41,026 bases of DNA from an uncultured Planctomycetales bacterium (GCA_964555545.1 CAZKSS010000001.1:14058-55083); one strand, 5' to 3'; positions 22,159 through 31,151 are shown, numbered from the stretch's first letter. Translations and numbers: made by a program. Notes: generated by a model not told the origin, from the sequence alone.

Positions 22159-25109
22159 CTTAACGGCTCCTTCCATGTTTCTTTCATCTCTTGAATATCC
22201 GCTTTGATACAAATTTTCCCGTCTAAGCCATGAACCTGAAATTCTTTTTTTGCGCTGGTGCAACCGATTAAGCCAAAGGGAAGGCCCGCAAGTATTCTTT
22301 CAAACTTTTTCTGATTCTTTTTGGAGACTTCTACAATAAAACGGGAGTTAGATTCCGAAAATAAAATAAAGTCATTCCTTAAATTTTCTATTTTTGGTTT
22401 TTGATTTGTATTTTTGATTTTATATGGCACTTCTGACAAAAATAAATCCATGCCCCACCCGCCGGAAAAAACCATCTCTGCTGCGGCCACGCCGATGCCG
22501 CCGTCGGAACAGTCGTGCATGGCTTGCACCAGACCCGCGGAAGAAGCCCGGCTTAAGGCAGCAAAAATTTTTTTGGCTTGAGCAGGATAAACCCTGGGCA
22601 CATTATTACCGATAGCGCCGGACAAATCATAATAATGCGAGCCGCCTAATTCAGGATAAGTTTCCCCGACTACGTAAACCAAATCCCCCGGCTCTTTGGC
22701 AGACAGAGAAACTGCTTTACTGACCTCGTCCATCACGGCCAGGGCAGAAATCAGAAGCGTCCCAGGGATGCTTAAGGATTTTCCCTTAACCGTGTATTCG
22801 TTATTCAGACTGTCTTTACCGGAGATAAAGGGAATTCCAAAACCCTTGGCAATAGCATAACAACCCCGGGCCGCCCTGACTAAACTCCCCAACCTGTCAG
22901 GCTTATCCGGATTGCCCCAGCAGAAATTATCCAGAATCGCCACTTCTTTTAAAGAGCCACCCACGGCAATAATCTGGCGCAAGGCCTCGTCAATACAGGA
23001 GGCAGCCATCCAATAAGGGTCAATAAAACCGAACCTGAAATTAATCCCGTTGGCGACAACAATTCCTTTTTTTGAATTTAAAAGCGGCCTCACAATGCTG
23101 GCGTCGGACGGGCCGTCGTTAAGTAACCCCACCAAGGGTTTTAAAACCGAGCCTCCCTGCACCTCGTGGTCGTATTGGCGGATGACCCACTCTTTGGAAC
23201 AGGTATCATAATGCGCCAGCAATTTTAGTAAATATTTGGTCAGGTCCCTGGGGCATTTGAATTCCGGCTCTCTGTGTCTGGGTTGCATAAATACCGCTTT
23301 CTTCTCTATCTCCGGAATCCCCTCGTGCAGAAAGCGCATTGCCAGGTCGCAGACGAGATTATCCTGATAATAAAGCTGCAGCCTTTTCGTAGCGGTAAAT
23401 TCGCCGATTACGGTTGCCTCCACGTCCTCCTGATGAAAAACTTCTAATAAGGCATCTAAGTTTTCAGGCGCTACCGCAAGCACCATCCGCTCCTGCGACT
23501 CAGAAATCCAGATCTCGGTGTAAGACAGGCCTGCATATTTTAAAGGGACTTTCTCTAAATAAACCTTCGCCCCTAATTCCGCGGCCATTTCTCCTACTGC
23601 ACTGGATAACCCGCCGGCGCCGCAGTCAGTAATGGCATTATAGAGATTTTTATCGCGCGCCATAATAATCGCATCCAGCATCTTTTTTTCCTGAATAGGA
23701 TTGCCAACTTGCACTGCGCCGCTGGAGAGCGTCTCTGATTCGTGGGTCAATTCGCCCGAAGAAAATGTCGCGCCGTGAATTCCGTCCCTGCCGGTCCTGC
23801 CGCCGACCAGCACTATCAGATCGCCTGTCTTTGCCTGCTTAAAAGATTTTTCTTTAGGCATAATCCCGACTGTGCCGCAATAGACCAGCGGATTTCCTAC
23901 AAAGCCGTCGTGAAAAAGTATGGCTCCGTTTACGGTCGGAATACCCATTTTGTTACCATAGTCGCGCACGCCGGAGACCACGCCTTTCATAATCCGCTTG
24001 GGATGCAACGTCCCTGCCGGCAAGCGGCCAAAAGGATAATCCGGTGGCCCGAAACAAAAAACATCAGTATTCAGTATTGGTTTTGCGCCCAGGCCTGTTC
24101 CCAGGGGGTCACGGATTACTCCGCCCACGCCGGTATTCGCCCCGCCAAAAGGCTCTAAGGCCGAAGGATGATTATGGGTCTCCACCTTAAAACAAATATT
24201 GTATTTATCGTCAAAGCGGATTACCCCGGAATTATCCTTGAACACCGAAACACACCAGGGCTTATTTAACTCTTTGGTCACCTTCATAATGGTAGATTTA
24301 AGTAAATTATCAATCCTTCTTTTCTGTACCCTGTACCCTCTATCCTCTACCCTGACCTTCTCGCGATATTTTATCTTTCCTCTGAATGTCTTATGCCAGC
24401 AATGTTCTGACCAGGTCTGGGCAATGGTCTCTAATTCGCAGTCACTAGGATTGCGTTTTATTTTTTTAAAATAATCCTTGATCCGGCGCATCTCCGCCAA
24501 ATTCAGGAATAACTGGCCTTGTTTACTGATATCCAATAATTTTCTATCCGAAGCATTTGATAAATCAACGGTAATGAGTCCGAAAACTAAAGATCCGCCC
24601 GCTATTAAAGACCCGGTCTTACAGGTCACTTTATCTTCTTGCAAGACCGGGTCTTTAATAATATGCTGGATTAATTTATTATAAAGCAATTTCTCGGAGA
24701 TGGTCTTTAACTGCCGAGGGGAAAGTCTGCCTTGGATAATATATTTCTTTGCGGTCTTAAAGGAAGTAACGCTATCTATGCCTAAGTCTTTTATGCCTTT
24801 TAAGGCCGATTCTTCCACCGGATCCATTACGCCCGGGTTGTAGGCGGCTTCAACTATAAATTCGTCCCTCGTCCCTCGTCCCTCGTCCTTCGTATTAATA
24901 GCGTAATTCTGGGAAATCTTATCGGTAAGTAATTCCTGGCAAATCCTCTCAATCTCACTTTCAGAAACCTCGCCTTCAATGGTATAGACCTGTGCGTACT
25001 CAACTCGGCGGACAGAATTCACCCCTAAGTCCAGGATATCTTTCTTGATGCCCGCGCCCACCGCATCAAAAACTCCGGGCCTGTCTTTTACCTCAATCCG
25101 ATAAAACAT
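22152..25109 (-). CDS. purL: FGAM synthase II with two N-terminal PurS-like modules (PurS-PurS-PurL fusion)
   Basis: 985-aa ORF. Residues ~1-75 and ~85-150 each resemble PurS (V.DPxG-like, LG..V, LL...I..Y). The PurL core begins near WSEHCWHKTF. Three heptamer-repeat segments lie inside. Confidence 0.93.
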   Translation of the reverse strand: MFYRIEVKDRPGVFDAVGAGIKKDILDLGVNSVRRVEYAQVYTIEGEVSESEIERICQELLTDKISQNYAINTKDEGRGTRDEFIVEAAYNPGVMDPVEESALKGIKDLGIDSVTSFKTAKKYIIQGRLSPRQLKTISEKLLYNKLIQHIIKDPVLQEDKVTCKTGSLIAGGSLVFGLITVDLSNASDRKLLDISKQGQLFLNLAEMRRIKDYFKKIKRNPSDCELETIAQTWSEHCWHKTFRGKIKYREKVRVEDRGYRVQKRRIDNLLKSTIMKVTKELNKPWCVSVFKDNSGVIRFDDKYNICFKVETHNHPSALEPFGGANTGVGGVIRDPLGTGLGAKPILNTDVFCFGPPDYPFGRLPAGTLHPKRIMKGVVSGVRDYGNKMGIPTVNGAILFHDGFVGNPLVYCGTVGIMPKEKSFKQAKTGDLIVLVGGRTGRDGIHGATFSSGELTHESETLSSGAVQVGNPIQEKKMLDAIIMARDKNLYNAITDCGAGGLSSAVGEMAAELGAKVYLEKVPLKYAGLSYTEIWISESQERMVLAVAPENLDALLEVFHQEDVEATVIGEFTATKRLQLYYQDNLVCDLAMRFLHEGIPEIEKKAVFMQPRHREPEFKCPRDLTKYLLKLLAHYDTCSKEWVIRQYDHEVQGGSVLKPLVGLLNDGPSDASIVRPLLNSKKGIVVANGINFRFGFIDPYWMAASCIDEALRQIIAVGGSLKEVAILDNFCWGNPDKPDRLGSLVRAARGCYAIAKGFGIPFISGKDSLNNEYTVKGKSLSIPGTLLISALAVMDEVSKAVSLSAKEPGDLVYVVGETYPELGGSHYYDLSGAIGNNVPRVYPAQAKKIFAALSRASSAGLVQAMHDCSDGGIGVAAAEMVFSGGWGMDLFLSEVPYKIKNTNQKPKIENLRNDFILFSESNSRFIVEVSKKNQKKFERILAGLPFGLIGCTSAKKEFQVHGLDGKICIKADIQEMKETWKEPLRW
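22391..22424. repeat. Imperfect heptamer-like tandem repeat (TTTTTGR) inside the purL 3' region
   Basis: Reads TTTTTGG TTTTTGA TTTGTA TTTTTGA TTTTATA. It encodes KNTNQKPKIEN. Confidence 0.55.
24324..24358. repeat. Heptanucleotide tandem repeat (CTGTACC family, 5 units) inside purL
   Basis: Reads CTGTACC CTGTACC CTCTATC CTCTACC CTGACCT. It encodes VRVEDRGYRVQ. Confidence 0.85.
24863..24893. repeat. Heptanucleotide tandem repeat (CGTCCCT)x3 plus a degenerate unit inside purL
   Basis: Reads CGTCCCT CGTCCCT CGTCCCT CGTCCTT CGT. It encodes KDEGRGTRDE, located between the two PurS-like modules. Confidence 0.92.
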
Positions 25110-25146
25110 CTTTTAATCACAGGGGCCTAAAAAGGCAGGAATAACT

Positions 25147-26439
25147 TTATAAGCCGATTCTTCTAAAAATCTTATTTACGTTGCGCAGGTAATAATCTAA
25201 ATCCATCATCCTGTCTAACTCTTTGGGGGAAAGATACTTTGCGACTTGTTTATCCGCCAAAAGCGCTTCCTTGAAATCTCTACTTTGTCTCCAGGTCTGC
25301 ATGGCGCATCTCTGCACCAAGTCATAGGCCTTTGGACGGGGGAGACCCTTGGCCATTAATCCCAAGAGCACCCCCTGAGAAAAAATCAGGCCGTGCGTAC
25401 GCGCCAGATTCGCCAGCATATTATCCGGATAGACATTTAATCCAGTGATAACTTCCATAAATTTATGCAGCATATAATCCAAGAGCAGAGTGGAATCCGG
25501 CATAATTATGCGTTCCACCGACGAATGGGAGATGTCGCGCTCATGCCAAAGCGCAACGTTCTCCATTGCCGCCAGGGCATTAGCGCGCAGGATTCTGGCT
25601 AGACCACAGATGCGTTCGCAGATGACCGGATTTTTCTTGTGCGGCATGGCAGATGAGCCTTTCTGTCCTTTAGCAAAAGGCTCCTCTGCCTCCAACACCT
25701 CAGTGCGTTGCAGGTGCCTGATTTCTAAGGCAAATTTTTCTAAAGATGAACCAATTACCGCTAAAGTGGCCAGATATTGGGCATATCCATCCCGTGGTAT
25801 AACCTGGGTGGAGACCTTTGCCGGTTTAAGCCCGAGTTTTTTACAGACATAGGTCTCGACCTCAGGTCCAATATTAGCATAGGTGCCTACGGCGCCGGAA
25901 ATTTTGCCCAGGCAGACTTCTTCCTTTGCCTGCCTCAGCCGGACTAAATTGCGCTGGTTTTCCTCAAACCAAAGCGCAAGTTTCAGGCCGAAGGTCACCG
26001 GCTCAGCATGCACGCCGTGGGTGCGGCCGATACAAACCATATCCTTGTATCTTTTGGCCTTCTTGGCCAGCACTGCGGAAAGTTCATTTAAATCCTCAAG
26101 AAGAATATCCGAGGCGGCTTTTAACTGTATGCCCAGTGTCGTATCCATGATATCAGATGAGGTCAGGCCTAAATGCAGATATCGGGCATCTGACCCAATA
26201 TATTGGGCTACATTCTGCACAAAAGCCACTACATCATGTTGTGTCTGGGTTTCTATTCTCTGGATTTGGGCGATATTGAACTTGGCTTTTCTTTTGATTC
26301 TGGAAAGGGCAGCCGGCGGGACTTGTCTCTGTTTAGAGAGGGCCTCCAGGACGAGGAGCTCGACGCGCAGCATGGTCTGAAATTTAAACTCCTCCTGCCA
26401 TATTTTGGACATCTCAGGCCTGCTATAACGTTCGATCAT
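25147..26439 (-). CDS. purB: Adenylosuccinate lyase
   Basis: 430-aa ORF with the fumarate-lyase signature region (GSSAMPHKKNP) and PurB-type termini. Confidence 0.95.
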   Translation of the reverse strand: MIERYSRPEMSKIWQEEFKFQTMLRVELLVLEALSKQRQVPPAALSRIKRKAKFNIAQIQRIETQTQHDVVAFVQNVAQYIGSDARYLHLGLTSSDIMDTTLGIQLKAASDILLEDLNELSAVLAKKAKRYKDMVCIGRTHGVHAEPVTFGLKLALWFEENQRNLVRLRQAKEEVCLGKISGAVGTYANIGPEVETYVCKKLGLKPAKVSTQVIPRDGYAQYLATLAVIGSSLEKFALEIRHLQRTEVLEAEEPFAKGQKGSSAMPHKKNPVICERICGLARILRANALAAMENVALWHERDISHSSVERIIMPDSTLLLDYMLHKFMEVITGLNVYPDNMLANLARTHGLIFSQGVLLGLMAKGLPRPKAYDLVQRCAMQTWRQSRDFKEALLADKQVAKYLSPKELDRMMDLDYYLRNVNKIFRRIGL

Positions 26440-26462
26440 GGCATCTCCTCTAAAAGCAAATA

Positions 26463-26491
26463 ATTATACCAAAAAGCAGGGTGTTGCGCAA
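26463..26491 (-). promoter_or_regulatory. Extended -10 sigma70 promoter upstream of purB
   Basis: Minus strand reads TTGCGC, a 17-nt spacer ending in TGG, then TATAAT. An AGAGGAG RBS precedes the ATG at 26439. Confidence 0.6.
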
Positions 26492-28864
26492 TCAAAATAA
26501 TCGGGTAGCCAGCATGAACCAACTGGCTGAGCCGGTAAGGTAGGAATACATACCGCGGCCCTCGGCGTTAAAATACTCGGGAAGGCAGGGGTAAATTTTG
26601 CTTACCGGCGTATTTATGCTCATCCGATAAACCGAATCTAAAACCTCTTCGCCTTCTTTGGCATAGCCGCGCTTTAAAAGCGCGTAGGCAAACATTACGG
26701 CCATATGGTTAAAAAATGCGCCGTTTTCTTTATCGCCATAGACAAAAGAAAATGCCCGGCCAAGATGGTGTTGCTCCTCTTTGAAATCCGTATTCAACCG
26801 ATATCCTTTTAATCTCTTGTCCCAGAGATATTTTTTGGTATTCTCCAAAATAGATTTAATCTGCTCATCCGTGGCCACTCCGCTCATTATGGCAAAGACC
26901 TGGGCAGTCAGGGTCATCCTGATTTGGCCGTTCTTTAACCCCTCTACGCGTTCGTTTTTATTATCGTAATACCCATTAAAAAATCCTTGTTTTAACCATT
27001 CTTTCTTACGGATATACTGCTTCATCCATTCAGATTTGGTTAATAAATCTTTGGCCAATAAATCGCTATCTATACTGAATTTTTCTCCGCAGATATGCGA
27101 TTTTGTTTCTTCAAAGTACTTCTTTAATATCTTTTGCTTGGCCTGGATATTACGGTAATCTGTTTTCGTAAAGAGTATCTTCAATTCGCGGGCAATTTTA
27201 ATTTTCTTTTGACCTAAGCTAAGTAAAATTTCGGCTAGGCAGCCGAGGTTATAGGCGTACATACAACTAAAGGCCACGCTCTCACCCTTGTCTCTGGCCA
27301 TATCTAGGCCGTCATTCCAATCGCCGCCTTCCAGGCGCACGTGATTATGGGCACCGACATTGAAAAACTGCACTAAATTCTCTACCAGGAGATGTTCTAA
27401 AATCGTGCCTTGATATACCTTTCCCGACGGGGTTTTCAGTTTATTTCCTGCGGCGGGGCTCCAGTTATGGTCAAAACCCCGCGAGCGAAAAATCTGCTGG
27501 TCGCGAAAATATGGGGCCTCTCTAAACAAAAGAGAAAAATCCCCTGTCTCCTTAAGGTATAAATCCGTGGTCAGTAAAGGCCAGACGCCGTGGTCCATCC
27601 AGACGCGGCTGAGATTATTGCGGTCGGCAATGAATTCTCCCGGTTTTTTGCCCACGATGGTAGCATGAGAGCCGTCAATGCGCACGCCGGAAAAATTATT
27701 AGTGAGTATTTTGCGCGCTTGAGCGGGATTACTAAAAATTAAACCCAGACAATCCTGCCACAAATCCCGCCAGCCGCGTCCGCCTTTACCGTAATCAAAG
27801 TCCGGTAAAAACGAGCAACCAAAAATCCTTCTCAGGGCCGGCTGGATACTCACCCAGCGAAACCAGTTAGCAAAATCCGCATCGCCGCTAGATAGGACAA
27901 AGGAATCGGCTTTCTTCTTCCAGAAGTCCTGCGTTATCTTTAAGGCTGCTTCTACTTTTTTAGGGCGGTTAAACTGGCGTACGGCTCTAAGGATTTCTCT
28001 TTTGTCGTCGGAAATTCCGGCTAAGATTATATAAGCCTGACTTTGCCGGGGCCTGAGGGTTACCTTTCGGAAACGCAGGCCCCCCATCGCCTCTTTACCC
28101 TGAATTCTTTCCTTTCCAGGAGGTAAATTTCTCAATACGCTTAGTGGCGCTTCCAGATCGCCTCCTTCGCCGCAGAACATCTCCTGCGTCGGATAAAGAT
28201 ATTGCGGGGCCTTAAAATTCTGGTCCCAACCTAAGACAAAATAATAGTTTTTATTTGGCCGGTGGCCAGACTCATCAAAAACCAACGTAGGTTTGACGAT
28301 TACCCCGAATTTATGCAAGGTAATGCGTTGCAACAGCGAAGTAACGTGGCGGTGGTCGCGGAGATTAGCGGCGCTGCGGGCATATATAGGTATACTAGCA
28401 GTAGGGATAAAGGTGATGTTTCTGGTAGTAACGTTGGTAACCCTTACCTGCGTTATTTCCACTGGCTCATTGCCTGCCGGTACAAAAGAAAGAATTTCTG
28501 CCTTTAGACCAATACACTTATTTTCGCGGGTGATTTTATGCCAAAGCAAGCCGGCCTCAAGATAGAATTTATCCTTTTCCATCTGTCTTAAGTCCTTAGA
28601 TACGCCGGTGGCAGACCAAATTTTATCTTTATTAATATAGACCCAGAAATTTCTTGATGAGCGCGCATCCACTAAATCTATGCGGGAAACCGGAGTAAGC
28701 AGGAATGAATTCTCTCCGGTTTTGATATCGCCGTGCAGATCAGGCGACACTGAAGACATAATTTTTTCGTTACAGAGCGGAAAATAAAGACCACTGATGC
28801 GGTGGGCGCAATCAGACTCAAACGTGCCGCAGTTATCCGTAAATCTCCACATCCTATCTTTCAT
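26492..28864 (-). CDS. GH94-like glycoside phosphorylase (cellobiose/chitobiose phosphorylase-type (alpha/alpha)6 protein)
   Basis: 790-aa ORF. The N-terminal region and the GGDWNDGLD block resemble cellobiose-phosphorylase-family proteins. Substrate unknown. Confidence 0.6.
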   Translation of the reverse strand: MKDRMWRFTDNCGTFESDCAHRISGLYFPLCNEKIMSSVSPDLHGDIKTGENSFLLTPVSRIDLVDARSSRNFWVYINKDKIWSATGVSKDLRQMEKDKFYLEAGLLWHKITRENKCIGLKAEILSFVPAGNEPVEITQVRVTNVTTRNITFIPTASIPIYARSAANLRDHRHVTSLLQRITLHKFGVIVKPTLVFDESGHRPNKNYYFVLGWDQNFKAPQYLYPTQEMFCGEGGDLEAPLSVLRNLPPGKERIQGKEAMGGLRFRKVTLRPRQSQAYIILAGISDDKREILRAVRQFNRPKKVEAALKITQDFWKKKADSFVLSSGDADFANWFRWVSIQPALRRIFGCSFLPDFDYGKGGRGWRDLWQDCLGLIFSNPAQARKILTNNFSGVRIDGSHATIVGKKPGEFIADRNNLSRVWMDHGVWPLLTTDLYLKETGDFSLLFREAPYFRDQQIFRSRGFDHNWSPAAGNKLKTPSGKVYQGTILEHLLVENLVQFFNVGAHNHVRLEGGDWNDGLDMARDKGESVAFSCMYAYNLGCLAEILLSLGQKKIKIARELKILFTKTDYRNIQAKQKILKKYFEETKSHICGEKFSIDSDLLAKDLLTKSEWMKQYIRKKEWLKQGFFNGYYDNKNERVEGLKNGQIRMTLTAQVFAIMSGVATDEQIKSILENTKKYLWDKRLKGYRLNTDFKEEQHHLGRAFSFVYGDKENGAFFNHMAVMFAYALLKRGYAKEGEEVLDSVYRMSINTPVSKIYPCLPEYFNAEGRGMYSYLTGSASWFMLATRLF

Positions 28865-28952
28865 CGCATTTTAAGTTACCATAGCCAGAGCGCTTTTTCA
28901 AGGGATTTTAACCCTAAACTCGGTGTTCGAACTATTCGGTTTTAACCGATGA

Positions 28953-29390
28953 TGCCTTGCTCTCCTAACTCAATCCCATTTCCTCACTCGCAAAAAGGTG
29001 CTCGTCGCATTCGGCTTTTGTTTTCCTGTAAGCCCCCCATCCCCCACTCACTTGAAAGAGAGGTGGGGGTTGCTCATAGATGCTAAGCACGGAAAACCTG
29101 CGCCTCATATACTTGCTCCTGCGCGCCTTATGCTCGTTCGGAAACGGTCTTGAGTCTTTCCCGCCTGCTGATTTTTGCGGGTGGCTTGGGTGTTTTCAAG
29201 CAGCATGTATTTTGTGCAAGCGGTCTCAGGGTGCCCCGCTTCCTTAAGATAAATAAGGCGAGCGAGCACAAAATCTCAAGCGACATTTTCCACGGTGGGG
29301 AAAATGGAGCGGTGCTGCAAGAATTTACCCAAGACAGGACCCGCAAAACCGTGCGCGAGTAAACCCCGAGGCAAAATAAGAGAGAGAAAC
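28953..29390 (-). ncRNA. Unclassified structured element, intact copy A (candidate large ncRNA or MITE-like element)
   Basis: Second copy of the sequences at 8151-8360 and 9961-10190, here contiguous. Has multiple hairpins, terminal complementarity (28957-28968 with 29377-29389) and a G-U pair that only works on the minus-strand transcript. No credible ORF or RBS. Confidence 0.45.
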
Positions 29391-29404
29391 CCAGAGGGGC
29401 ATTT

Positions 29405-29437
29405 AACAAAAAACCCGCCAGAAAACTAGCGGGTTTT
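29405..29437 (-). terminator. Rho-independent terminator after tRNA-fMet
   Basis: Minus strand reads AACCCGC, an 11-nt loop, then GCGGGTT followed by TTTTTTG. Confidence 0.75.
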
Positions 29438-29440
29438 AAG

Positions 29441-29517
29441 TGGTTGCGGGGGCTAGATTTGAACTAGCGACCTCAAGGTTATGAGCCTTGCGAGCTACCA
29501 GGCTGCTCCACCCCGCG
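29441..29517 (-). tRNA. Initiator tRNA-fMet (anticodon CAU), CCA encoded
   Basis: The 77-nt cloverleaf is nearly identical in its acceptor, D and T arms to E. coli tRNA-fMet. It has the C1-A72 mismatch, A11-U24 and the CUCAUAA anticodon loop. Confidence 0.93.
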
Positions 29518-29578
29518 AAATCTCTTTGTCAGGGGGAATCCGAGTGAAATCGAGGGACTCCACCCCGCGATTATTTAT

Positions 29579-29860
29579 CTATCTTTCCCTGCTGGGGACT
29601 ATTCTGACGGGAATCTCGCCTTTCTTCACAATCCCCATCTTCTCCCGGACAATCTTTTCCCGGTAAAGCGGGTCGTTTTCTATACGCTCGATCTCTTCCT
29701 GCAATAGAGAATTCTCTATGCTTAACCTTCTAATCTTTATCTCTAAGTCGCGATTCCTGTCTCTTAATTCCTGCAGTTTAGTGTAACCCGGTAAAAATAT
29801 AATCAGGAGAAATACGGTAATACCAAAGAGCCAGAATGCCTTTCGTAACTTCGCTAGCAT
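29579..29860 (-). CDS. ftsB: Septum formation initiator (FtsB/DivIC family)
   Basis: 93-aa ORF with an N-terminal TM segment followed by a coiled coil (LQELRDRNRDLEIKIRRLSIENSLLQEEIERI). Lies directly downstream of eno, as in many bacteria. Confidence 0.75.
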   Translation of the reverse strand: MLAKLRKAFWLFGITVFLLIIFLPGYTKLQELRDRNRDLEIKIRRLSIENSLLQEEIERIENDPLYREKIVREKMGIVKKGEIPVRIVPSRER

Positions 29861-31126
29861 TTATTTCTTCCAAAATCTCCCTGCATATACCGCCTTCTCT
29901 CCTAGTTCCTCTTCAATCCTTAAGAGTTCGTTGTATTTGCAAATCCTCTCGGTACGGGAAAGCGAGCCGCTCTTGATCTGACCTGTGCCTGCGGCTACTG
30001 CCAGATGCGCGATACTAGTATCTTCAGTTTCTCCCGAACGATGGGAAATAATCGTCTGATATTTATTCTGCTGGGCAATATTTATTGTTTCAAGGGTCTC
30101 GGATAAAGAACCGATCTGGTTTAGTTTAATTAGTATAGCATTCCCAATTTTTTGCGCAATACCTTTTTTAAATATCTTGGGGTTGGTGACAAAAATATCG
30201 TCGCCGACCAACTGCAATTTATCCCCCAATTCCCGAGTCAGCTCTGCCCAGCCTCTCCAGTCATGCTCGCCCAGACCGTCTTCGATAGAAACTATGGGGT
30301 ATTTACTGCACCAATTTTGGTAGATACGGATTAAATCTGCGGCAGTCTGAAGTCTTCCTTCAAACTGGTATCTGTCGTCTTGGGAAAAGGCACTGGCGGC
30401 GCAGTCCAAGGCCAAAGACACATCTTTACCGGGCGTATAGCCGGCCCCGCTAATTGCCTGGATGAGTAAGTCCAGGGCCTCCTGGTGGGAGTCTAAATTC
30501 GGGGCAAACCCCCCCTCGTCTCCGACGGAAGTGGCCAGTTTCTTTGCCTTTAAAATGGACTTGAGATGATGGAAAATTTCTGCGGCATACCTTAAGGCCT
30601 CGCGGAAACTCGGCGCGCCGATAGGCATAATCATAAATTCCTGGATGTCCAGGTTATTATCCGCATGCATCCCGCCGTTTAAGATATTCATCTGGGGTAT
30701 GGGCAGGAGGTGAGCATCTGCTCTACCTAAGAACTTATAAAGCGGCTCCTTTTTGACTAAAGCAGCGGCCTTAGCGCAGGCCAAAGACACCCCCAAAATC
30801 GCATTGGCTCCCAGTTTAGACTTATTCTCGGTGCCGTCCAGATCTATAAGGAGTTTATCTATTTTTTGATAATCAGGGCTTAAACCCTTTATTTTTGAAG
30901 CAATTATAGTATTGACGTTGCTGACCGCCTTTAATACTCCCTTACCTAAATATCGCTTTTTATCGCCGTCCCTTAATTCCAAGGCCTCCCTCTCTCCCGT
31001 GGAAGCGCCCGAAGGAACAGCTGCCCGGCCCAGGATGCCGTTATCCAAAACTAGGTCCACCTCTATAGTAGGGTTTCCGCGCGAGTCTAGGATCTCGCGG
31101 CCTGAAACTTGCTCAATCTTTGCCAT
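29861..31126 (-). CDS. eno: Enolase
   Basis: 421-aa ORF with canonical enolase blocks ([37 protein letters not shown]). Confidence 0.97.
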   Translation of the reverse strand: MAKIEQVSGREILDSRGNPTIEVDLVLDNGILGRAAVPSGASTGEREALELRDGDKKRYLGKGVLKAVSNVNTIIASKIKGLSPDYQKIDKLLIDLDGTENKSKLGANAILGVSLACAKAAALVKKEPLYKFLGRADAHLLPIPQMNILNGGMHADNNLDIQEFMIMPIGAPSFREALRYAAEIFHHLKSILKAKKLATSVGDEGGFAPNLDSHQEALDLLIQAISGAGYTPGKDVSLALDCAASAFSQDDRYQFEGRLQTAADLIRIYQNWCSKYPIVSIEDGLGEHDWRGWAELTRELGDKLQLVGDDIFVTNPKIFKKGIAQKIGNAILIKLNQIGSLSETLETINIAQQNKYQTIISHRSGETEDTSIAHLAVAAGTGQIKSGSLSRTERICKYNELLRIEEELGEKAVYAGRFWKK

Positions 31127-31151
31127 GCGCCATCCTCCTTTTAGGAATAAT

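Noticed and set aside
22159-22263. N-terminal extension of the LOG-family ORF overlapping the purL 3' end by more than 100 nt.
   Set aside because: The extension (MHQRKKRISGSWLRRENLYQ...) is a purL shadow frame. The ATG at 22158, overlapping the purL stop, gives a protein of normal family length.
28953-29390. Possibility that the repeated element is RNase P RNA, tmRNA, 6S RNA, or a group I or group II intron.
   Set aside because: I could not find the RNase P CR-I/CR-IV motifs (GAGGAAAGUCC, ACAGAAxCCGGCUUA), a tmRNA tRNA-like end or tag ORF, a group II 5' GUGYG plus a 34-nt domain V hairpin, or ordered group I P/Q/R/S elements. The partial resemblances (GCGGGAAAG, GGCUUACAG) are in the wrong order or context. 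This is a by-eye judgement only and covariance models should still be run.
29128-29409. A 93-aa minus-strand ORF and a 70-aa plus-strand ORF (29150-29362) inside element copy A.
   Set aside because: Neither has an RBS or a recognisable domain. The reading frames are not preserved in the homologous copy B, where the same sequence is split and has indels. The region is better explained by conserved helices.
29441-29517. tRNA-fMet as an integration site of a prophage or genomic island, with the neighbouring element as cargo.
   Set aside because: No integrase or phage genes are present, and there is no 3'-end tRNA direct repeat. The only duplicate is a 13-nt 5'-end repeat on the opposite side, which is recorded separately as a low-interest finding.
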